Source of the DNA: Eledone cirrhosa
Lineage: Eukaryota
DNA: 64,000 nucleotides
Direction: 5' to 3'
NCBI GenBank assembly: GCA_964016885.1
Contig: OZ024742.1
Coordinates: 248,001 to 312,000, forward strand
The number at the start of each line of letters is the position of its first letter. Position 1 is the first letter of the stretch. The position numbers and the translations under genes are program-made. Below are positions 38,980-48,244 of the stretch, piece after piece. The notes beneath the pieces were generated by a model that ran no database searches, was not told the origin of the DNA, and saw only the letters and a list, made by a program, of their open reading frames with translations.

Positions 38980-41829
38980 GTGGTAGTGGTGGTCTAGTGG
39001 TAGTGGTGTAGTGGTGGTGGTGGAGGTAGTGGTGGTGGTGGTCTAGTGGTGGTGGTGTAGTGGTGGTGGTATGGTGGTGGTGTAGTGATGGTGGTGGTGT
39101 AGTGATGGTGGTGTAGTGATGGTGGTGGTGTAGTGGTGGTGGTGTAGTGATGGTGGTGGTGTAGTGATGGTGGTGTAGTGATGGTGGTGGTGTAGTGATG
39201 GTGGTGTAGTGATAGTGGTGGTGTTGGTGGTGTGGTGTAGTGGTGGTGTGGTTTAGTGGTGGTGTTGGTGGTGTGGTGTAGTGGTGGTGGTGGTGTTGGT
39301 GGTGTGGTTTAGTGGTGGTTAGTGGTGGTGGTGTGGTTTAGTGGTGGTGTAGTGGAAGTGGTGGTAGTTGTGTAGTGGTAGTGGTGTAATCGTGGTGTAG
39401 TGGTGGGGTGGTGGTGTGGTAGTGTAGTGGTGGTGTGGTAGCGGTGTGGTAGTGTAGTGGTGGTGGTGTAGTTGTAGTGACGTAGTGGTGGTGTAGTGAT
39501 GGTGGTAGTGGTGGTCGTAGTAGTTGTGGTGGTAGTGTTGGTGGTAGTAGTTGAGGTGGTGATGGTGGTAGTGTTGGTAGTGTTGGTGGTAGTAGTTGTG
39601 GTATTGGTGGTGTTAGTAGTGGTGGTGTTGGTGGTAGTGGTGGTGTTGGTCGTAGTAGTTTTGGTAGTGTTGGTGGTAGTAGTTGTGGTAGTGTTGGTGT
39701 TGGTGGTAGTAGTTGTGGTAGTGGTGGTGTTGGTGGTAGTAGTTGTGGTAGTGGTGGTGTTGGCGGTAGTAGTTGTGGTAGTGGTGGTGTTGGCGGTAGT
39801 AGTGGTAGTGGTGGTGTTGGTGGTAGTAGTTGTGGTAGTGGTGGTGTTGGCGGTAGTAGTTGTGGTAGTGGTGGTGTTGGTGGTAGTAGTTGTGGTAGTG
39901 GTGGTGTTGGCGGTAGTAGTTGTGGTAGTGGTGGTGTTGGTGGTAGTAGTTGTGGTAGTGGTGGTGTTGGTGGTAGTAATTGTGGTAGTGGTGGTGGTGT
40001 TGGTGGTGTGGTTTAGTGGTGGTGGTGGTGGTTAGTGGTGTGGTGGTGGTAGTGTAGTGGTAGTGTAGTGGTGGTAGTGTAGTGGTAGTGTAGTGGTGGT
40101 GGTGTAGTGGTGGTGGTGTGGTAGTGTAGTGGTGGTGTAGTGGTGGTGGTGGTAGTAGTGGTGGTAGTAGTAGTAGTGGTGGTTGTAGTGATGGTGGTTG
40201 TAGTGGTGGTAGTTGTAGTAATGTTGGTGGTGGTAGTTGTGATGGTAGTTGTGGTGGTAGTGTTGGTGGTAGTGTTGGTGGTAGTTGTGGTGGTAGTGTT
40301 GGTGGTAGTAGTTGTGATGGTAGTGTTGGTGGTAGTTGTGGTGGTAGTAATGTTGTAGTGGTAGTAGTTGTGGTGGTAGTGTTGGTGGTAGTAGTTGTGG
40401 TGGTAGTAGTGGTGATAGTTGTGGTGGTAGCTAAAAACATCATCCCGTGAATGGAAGCTGTAGAAATATGGTGATGACACCATGGCAACAGAGATGTCAA
40501 TGGTAGTAGTGGTGTCTCGTGGTGTTGATGGTGATGGTAGTAGTGGTGGTGTTGATGGTGATGGTAGTGGTGGTGGTGTTGATGGTGATGGTAGTGGTGT
40601 TGATGGTGATGGTAGTGGTGGTGTTGATGGTGATGGTAGTGGTGGTGGTGTTGATGGTAGTAGTGGTGGTGGTGTTGATGGTGATGGTAGTGGTGGTGTT
40701 GATGGTGATGGTAGTGGTGGTGGTGTTGATGGTAGTAGTGGTGGTGGTGTTGATGGTGATGGTAGTGGTGGTGTTGATGGTGATGGTAGTGGTGGTGGTG
40801 TTGATGGTAATAGTGGTGGTGGTGTTGATGGTGATGGTAGTGGTGGTGTTGATGGTGATGGTAGTAGTGGTGGTGGTGTTGATGGTAATGGTAGTAGTGG
40901 TGGTGGTGTCTAGTGGTGGTGATGGTAGTAGTGGTGGTGGTGTCTAGTGGTGGTGGTGGTGGTGTTGATGGTAATGGTAGTAGTGGTGGTGGTGTCTAGT
41001 GGTGGTGGTTGTGGTGTTGATAATGGTAGTACTGGTGGTGGTGTCTAGTGGTGGTGGTGGTGTTGATGGTGGTGGTGATGTTGATGGTAGTAGTGGTGGT
41101 GGTGATAGTGGTGGTGGTGGTGTTGATGGTAGTAGTGGTGGTGGTGTCTAGTGGTAGTGGTCGTGGTGATGGTGATGGTAGTAGTAATAGTGGTGGTGGT
41201 GGTGTTGTTTAGTGGTGGTGATGGTAGTAGTGGTGGTGGTGTCTAGTGGTGGTGGTGGTGATAGTGGTGGTTATGGTAGTAGTAATAGTGGTGGTGGTGG
41301 TGGTATTGGTGGTGGTGGTGGTGGTGGTTGTGGTAGTGGTATTGGTGGTGATATTGGTGGTGGTGGTGGTAGTGGTATTGGTGGTGGTGGTGATATTGGT
41401 GGTGGTAGTGGTATTGGTGGTGGTGGTGATATTGGTGGTGGTGGTGGTGGTGGTGGTATTGGTGGTGGTGATATTGGTGGTGGTGGTGATAGTGGTGATG
41501 GTGGTGACAGTGGTGATAGCGGTGGTGATGGTGATAGTGGTGGTATTGGTGGTGGTGGTGGTATTGGTGGTGGTGGTGATAGTGTTGGTAGTGGTGATAG
41601 TGGTGGTGATAGTGGTGATATTGGTGGTGGTGGTGGTGGTGGTGGTGATATTGGTGGTGGTGATGGTGATAGTGGTGATGGTGGTGATAGTGGTGATGGT
41701 GGTGATAGTGGTGGTAGTGGTGATAGTGGTGGTGATAGTGGTGGTATTGGTGGTGGTGGTGATAGTGTTGGTAGTGGTGATAGTGGTGGTGATAGTGGTG
41801 GTATTGGTGGTGGTGGTGGTGGTGGTGAT
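38980..41829. repeat. Cryptic GGT/AGT/GAT-based simple-repeat region with embedded 18-30 bp subrepeats
   Basis: Direct inspection; source of the poly-V/G/T/P/H ORFs. Confidence 0.93.
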
Positions 41830-42077
41830 GTACAGAAGCAATTCCATGATGATTCCGGTAATGACCACCAACACCAGAAAAAGCTGTACTGCTTCACTGG
41901 ATCTGTACTGACGATGACAGTTACACCTTTACATAACATACACTAACTATTATATATATATATATATATATATATAGTAATAATAATAAATGTGAAGACT
42001 AAAATCCAAAGAGGGCTCGATAAGGATAAATATATATCAAATATATAAGAACCGTAGAGCAAATATTTATTAAAATA

Positions 42078-42153
42078 ACAGATTAAAGTTTAAGCAAAGA
42101 ATCGCTGCTTTCACCCTTAACGGGATCTTCTGAAATTAACAAAGTCAATCTGT
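42078..42153 (-). ncRNA. Hammerhead-like motif, CAGAAGA-core family, in the PLE 3' pLTR (sense to the ORF)
   Basis: Near reverse complement of 45105-45180. Confidence 0.6.
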
Positions 42154-42264
42154 AAACGCAGAAGTGGATATTTCAAAAAATGTTGCAACCGGGGGAAGAC
42201 AGGAAGACGATACTTTGGTTCGTGGAAACGTTCCCTGGCAAAGAACGGGAAAAAACTAATATAA

Positions 42265-42450
42265 TTGTTTCTACTTTAGGCACAAGGCCAGCAATTACCC
42301 AGTGCATTACTGGTACTTTATTTTATCGACCCCGTAAGGATGAAAGGCAAAGTCAACCTCGGCGGGATTTGAACTCAGATCGTAAAGGGACGTAACTATG
42401 CTGGAAAGCATGGCGTCCGACCCTCTACCGATACTGCCAATCCATCGCCT
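42265..42450 (-). mobile_element. tRNA-derived SINE inserted in the PLE 3' pLTR
   Basis: Minus strand TGGCAGTATCGG and GAGTTCAAATCC boxes, GCCTTTCATCCTT core; 14-bp TSD AAAAACTAATATAA at 42251-42264 and 42451-42464. Confidence 0.88.
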
Positions 42451-43257
42451 AAAAACTAATATAAATACGTCATTAATAGGAGCGGTGAAAAACAATTACG
42501 CGCAAAGACAGAACCACGCTTATGGTATAAAAGAGGTCGCAGACTAATGTTCTCTTAGGTGGTGCATAGAGATGTTCTCTGGCAATGAACGGAAAAAAAC
42601 GAAGATTATACGTCATATGTGGAGCGTGGAGAACAATTGCACGCAAAGACAAAACCACGTAAATGGTATAGCTGAAGTCGTAAACTAAAATTCTAACTAG
42701 GAAACCGAATGATTCTCCGCTTCAGAATTAAGAATAAAGTGAATAAAATACAATACAGAGGTAGTTGAAATTAAATAAATACATACACACATCCAAATAC
42801 GTACATACACAAGCATACGCGAAAACACTCGCCATAGGTATACAAAACCACGCACATATAAATATGTGTGTGTGTGTGCGCGTGTATACAAATAAATAAG
42901 TAATTAAATAAACGTATATAAATAAATAAATAACACACCTGCATGTAAATACACAAATGTTCGGAGACGACCGTCAACCAAAACATGAAGTACACATATA
43001 CACACACCCAACATACGTACGAACCCGCATAATCACACAGACGCAAAACTCCCGTATACACATAACCAAAAGCATATGTACCAGAATATATAAAAATATA
43101 CGCCATAACATATACAATCAAATATACGTACGAGAAAGTATACGTAGCTTCACAAAACATACAGGTAATATATACTTACCTTTGCAAATAAGTAATGATA
43201 TAAACATAACATATACTTAGCTACATCAAGACGTAAAATATCCACGTATAGATCGTA

Positions 43258-44955
43258 CTATCCGTTAGGGTATAATGTGGGGCTGTAATACAGGAAAGTT
43301 TTGTGCAATTTATGTTTACAAGCCGAAATTGCCTCAGATTTTTTGTTTAAGATCTGGTCTGTGGCGTAGAGTATTTCCAGGGCCTCAGCGGCGCAGAGGT
43401 CACATGGTCTTTTATTTCCGTTATACGATCTAGCTCTAGCTAGGATCTCCCAGTGTAACTTATATTGGGTGTGGTTGTCTTTTAGACTCCAGATATAAGC
43501 TGAAAGTGACGTCATATTCCTTCTTAGAGGGTAACGAAAAGAATGGGTATGCATGTAAAGACGCTGCTTGAATCTATTGGCGGTTAACCCTATGTAGGCC
43601 CTATGGGACGTGGGTGTTTCAACCTTACATTTGTAGACAATGTTACTAGAGAGGCATTTCCCGGATAGGGGGCAATCAACCCCCGATTCCTACAATTACA
43701 GTTAGTACTAACTACAGGTTGCACGTGTTCCTACGGCTAGGTAGTTTAGCTAAATTTGAAGCTGTGATGTTATGTGCAAGGTTAGGAGTCGTAGAGTAAG
43801 AAATTTTAGTAGTATTTCTATTAAAAATGTTACTATATTTATGTGTAGAGGGAAAATGCTTCGTAATAAGGGATAGAAAGATCTTAGCTAATGGTGTGGC
43901 CACCTCCATATTATATGGTGGGTTATACCATATAATGCGTCGGGATCTATTTCTTCTAGGCCTATTCTCGTACTCTGTATATGCTACCTTATCGACAAAT
44001 CCACTCCGAGCAAGAGCTTCATTGTAATAAGTGGAATGGTCGTTGAAAATATGCTCGTTTGTAGATAGACGGGAAAGCCTCAAAGAAACGTTTCTTACCA
44101 GGTTCTTGGTTATGCTGGCAGGATGGTTGGAATGCTTACTTATGTAATTAAGCGTATCATTCGGCTTTCTATACGGGTAATACAAGCCATTCGATAAAAT
44201 GAGGGTAATGTCGAGGTAATTAACGACCGAGAGGTTGGCCTCAACCTGTATAGAGAGGTTGAAGCCTTTAAAGAAGGCTGTGAGTTCTTTTCTGAACCTG
44301 TCGCAAGCACGAGGGCCGCACTTAGTCATGGTCAAAAGACCATCATCACGGTACAAACCACCGCCCGCGTTGGGGAATTCGTCCTTGATAGAGAAAAGAA
44401 GGAAAAGGCCGATAAGATCAGTAACCTCCTCAGAATCGCTGGCGCCCATACTCACGTCGAATGGGGTACTATTGGATTTTTTAATCCAAATAGAGTCGTC
44501 GAAATTAATCATCGACTTACGGGCATTGAGGATGACATCAACTTCGAAATCCTTAACCACTGTGAGTGTTTTAGCGAAATTGATAGCTCTAAGGAGAAGT
44601 GGTAAAGTGATGGAGGAGTAGTAATTGTTGATGTCGAATTGGATAAAACGGCAATGTTCCTAGTTACATATGCCGTTGAACCAATCAATCACCGCGAAGG
44701 AATTGTTCCACAGTGCAAGAGGGGCCAAACTTCTAATTTCAGGTATAATTCTATCAAGAATCCTTTTACTAAGTCTACCTAATAGAGGGGTTGTTCGGAA
44801 AATTGGATTTGTGATCCTTCAGGGTAAAGTGAGGAGAAATAGGGTCCAGCGGTTCGGTCCGGTCCAGGATGTTGAGATCAGAGGTGATTTTAAACCCAGC
44901 ATCGTTGATTTCATTGATGACGCACCGATTAGTTTTACGGTAATCCTTAGTTAAA
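43258..44955 (-). pseudogene. Disrupted PLE reverse transcriptase-GIY-YIG endonuclease ORF
   Basis: TLKDHKSNFPNNP, FIQFDINNYYSSI, FDVSMGASD, GLYRDDGL, VNYLDITL, SNHP, IIWYNPPY, CNC..CPLSGKC, IVYKC..AYIGLT..FKQRLY.H, CDLC..E, LNKKSE..CKH; one stop, frameshifts near 43680-43715, short deletion near 44780. Confidence 0.93.
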
Positions 44956-45104
44956 CATCCTGGACAAGACCGAACTTCTGGATTAATGACGTATTATATT
45001 CGTTTTTTCCCGTTCTTAGCCAGATAATGTTTCCACGAACCAAAGTATCGTCTTCCTGTCTTCCTCCGGTTGCAACGTTTTTTGAAATATCCACTTCTGC
45101 GTTT

Positions 45105-45180
45105 ACAGATAGACTTTGTTAGTTTCAGAAGATCCCGTTAAGGGTGAAAGCAGCGATTCTTTGCTTAAACTTTAATCTGT
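45105..45180 (+). ncRNA. Hammerhead-like motif, CAGAAGA-core family, in the inverted pLTR
   Basis: ACAGAT..AGTTT-CAGAAGA-TCCCGTTAAGGGT-GAAAGCA(GCGATTCTT)TGCT-T-AAACTTTAATCTGT. Confidence 0.65.
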
Positions 45181-45182
45181 TA

Positions 45183-45225
<43 letters not shown>

Positions 45226-45263
45226 ATATTAAATAAATGGAAACTATATTTATAAACCATATT

Positions 45264-45326
45264 TATTTTATTATATATATTTCAGGGGTACCAAGACACA
45301 CTGGTACGCTTTCCTCAGATAAAATA
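45264..45326 (-). ncRNA. Minimal type I hammerhead ribozyme, family A (CTGAGGA core)
   Basis: Minus: TATTTTAT-CTGAGGA-AAGCGTACCAG..TTGGTACCCCT-GAAATATATAT-A-ATAAAATA. Confidence 0.75.
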
Positions 45327-46162
45327 CAAAATTTGTTTTATAAATAAAGACATACCCATGAAAATCATACCTTATCGGTTGGATAGTCTCTGGATAGTGG
45401 AAATATATGAGGGATTTTTCAAACTTATGGGTGAATATGCAAATGAATATGTAAATAATTGAAAAACAACCCTTTATTTAAACGACTAAGGAGAGAGAGA
45501 GAGAGAGAAGAGATGAGAGGAGAAGGATAAAATAGTGCGAGAGAGAGAGAGAAGAAAGAAACAAGAGAAGATGAATAAAAACTCATAACGTTAATTTGAG
45601 GGAAATATATTCTAAGTATATATCTTAATAGTACGTGCATTTACGATTATTAGTTGTTTAAAATTTGTTTATAATATAATATTTTTCTTCTGTTATAAGT
45701 AGATAAATAAATACATAAATAAATACATAAATAAATAAATACATACATAAATAAATAGATGGGTATATCATGTTATAGATAATTGTTCTGAGTTATGAGG
45801 GATATTGGTTTTGTATTTAATGTAAATAAATATTAAGTGAAATTAAATGAAATTAACTGAGTTAAGAAGAATATTTATGTGATTGAAAATGGGAAGATAC
45901 GGAAAAACTCCGGTTTAATTTATATATTCGTTAGTGTGAGACTACTTAGTCAAAATAAGTATAAATGTTAAAAGATACATTTAGCCAGAATCAGTTAGTG
46001 GTTATAAATCTATTGAAAAATATTGAAAAAATATTGATAAAGTATTGAAAAATAATTGAAAAAGTTTTGAAAAATTTGAGAAAATTTTTTTTTAAATATA
46101 TATATATATATATTCAAATATATATATATGTATATATTCAAATATATATATACATGGCTGAT

Positions 46163-46506
46163 GGAGGCACATGGCTTAGTGGTTAGAGCATTGGGCTTGC
46201 AATCGAAAGGTCGTGAGTTCAATTTTCAGACCGGGTAATGTGTTGTTTCCTTGAGCAAGACACTTTATTTCACATTGCTCCAGTTTACTCAGCTGTAGAA
46301 ATGAGATGATAGGACTGGGATCCATATCATTCCACTGTAAAGTGGTCGTGGAGGTGCCACGGCAAAAGAAGCACCCAGCATTCACTGTAAATGAGTTTGG
46401 TGTTAGGAAGGGCATCCAGCTGTAGAAATCAAGCCAGAATCAGTTCCCGTCCCACCCTGGCAAGCAGGGAAAAGCGGACGTAAAATGAAATGATGATGAT
46501 GATGAT
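46163..46506 (+). mobile_element. tRNA-derived SINE with CORE-like domain and RTE-type tail
   Basis: A box TGGCTTAGTGG, B box GAGTTCAATT, CCTTGAGCAAGACACTT, tail GGTGTTAGGAAGGGCATCCAGC..GGACGTAAAA..(GAT)n; second copy at 61345. Confidence 0.85.
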
Positions 46507-46578
46507 ATATATATATATATATATATATTCAAAAGTATTTGAAGAAAATCAACCTATTTTCATTAGAGAATCGACTTT

Positions 46579-46630
<52 letters not shown>

Positions 46631-46764
46631 ATATATATATCCATATGTAGTTGACAGCTGACAGAGAAAAGAGTACTCAATACCGAAGTAGAGTTGTGAT
46701 ATCTTATTCAGACTAAATAGTGGGTCTTGTTACTCAGGTGCTGTGAAACTCCTGAGACAACATT

Positions 46765-47339
46765 GGTCTTAGGTGTCGTCAGCAGTCAAGGTGACGTCAT
46801 GCCACCTCACTTCTTCCCTGAGGGCCTCAAACTGAACACCGATGGCTACATCCGCGTTCTGAGCGAGGTAGTAAAGCCCTGGATCAACCAGGTAGCTGCA
46901 GGTAGGCTGTACATGTGGCAGCAAGACTCAGCGCCCTGACATACCAGCTGAAAGACCCAAGCCTGGAAGTCAGAGAACTTCGTCGACCACATTTCACCTG
47001 AGATCTGGCCTCCCAGCTTGCCTGACTGCAACCCCCTCGACTACTTTGTGTGGGGCACAGTGGAACGAGACACAAACAGATCTAGCTGCAATACGAAAGA
47101 CGATCTGAAGGCCAGGATCACAAGTGCCTTTAGGGGCCTAAGTCGGGGGACAGTGACGAAGGCCTGTAGCCGGTTCCGAGGCTGCCTTAAGGCCGGCATC
47201 AAAGCCAATGGCGGGTTTATCGAGTGAGATCGAAAGAACAAGTCATGAAGACAAACTGACCCAAGTTTGATAAATAAATCTTAAAAAATAAAACTACTGT
47301 TACACAGTAATCTGGCGAACAAATATCATCCGCACTCTG
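46765..47339 (+). mobile_element. Tc1/mariner DD37D (maT) transposon 3' fragment, pseudogenised
   Basis: WQQDSAP*HTS*KTQAW..WPPSLPDCNPLDYFVWG..ANGGFIE with 37 residues between the 2nd and 3rd Asp; ends CACTCTG|TA. Confidence 0.88.
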
Positions 47340-47387
<48 letters not shown>

Positions 47388-47565
47388 AGGTCACCAGTTG
47401 GTGCTACTGGTAACATGTATCCCAGTACAACCTGTCTCATGGTCGGGTCGTTAGCGACTAAACTGGCAACTCCACCAAGGTTTCTTGGTGAGGAGGGTGA
47501 CTTTGGACATCCTGCAGGAATAAAAACAAAACCTGTCAAAGGGCAAGGGAGCTCTTAAGAGTCAA

Positions 47566-48198
47566 TGGCCATCCAAAATCACCAGGAGAGATGACCCCTT
47601 AGCCTTTGTCAAGGCAGAATTCTAGAAGGAAAACTGATATAACACCTGCAACCCTGATGGTATCCAATGATGTTGACTTGTTCTTCTTTTTGGTAAATAT
47701 CATTTTGGTGAAGAGAGTGGGACTGGCTTTGTGCAGTGCCTTTGCTCACTATAAAAGCTTCACGGCACAGGCATTGCTTTATATCTGGAGATCTCTCTGC
47801 ACTTGTCGTCCCATGGTACCATGGGCCAAGCACTATGTGTCAATAATTGTCGCAAGTGTAGTGTTTGTACCAGAGTTTTCAAGTCGCTGGCTGGACTAAA
47901 AAGTCACACTCGTTCAGCGCAAAGGTAGGGGTTCTCCTACATGGATATAAAGTAGTGGCCGTACTCGAAAACGAGTTGGCAGCCACCATGTATGTATGTA
48001 TGTATGTATGTATGTATGTATGTATGTATGTATGTATGTATATGTGTATGTATGTATATGTATATGTATGTATGTATACATTTTGGCCATCCAAAATCAC
48101 CGGGAGAGATGACCCCCTTAGCCTTTGTCAAGGCAGAATTCTAGGAGAAGGAAAACTCTGATATAACACCTGCAACCCTGAAAACGAGTTGGCAGCCA

Positions 48199-48202
<4 letters not shown>
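47566..48202 (+). repeat. Direct duplication: 48083-48202 is an internally deleted copy of 47566-47989
   Basis: TGGCCATCCAAAATCACC..CCTGCAACCCTGA and GAAAACGAGTTGGCAGCCACCAT are ~310 bp apart in copy 1 and fused in copy 2. Confidence 0.8.

Positions 48203-48243
<41 letters not shown>

Positions 48244-48244
<1 letters not shown>

Larger units (their letters stand above)
41977..45190 (-). mobile_element. Penelope-like element (Naiad-type), 5'-truncated, with 3' pLTR and inverted 5' pLTR copy
   Basis: RT and GIY-YIG coding remnant 43258-44955; 42068-42262 is the inverted copy of ~44995-45190; (TA)n on both flanks. Confidence 0.85.

Noticed and set aside
43258-43720. Selenocysteine-encoding Naiad with SECIS
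   Set aside because: The Cys motif codons in both Naiad copies are TGT/TGC, not TGA, and no SECIS was recognisable in the 3' regions
46163-46235. tRNA gene
   Set aside because: A and B boxes are present but there is no closed cloverleaf, and the sequence continues into a SINE body and tail
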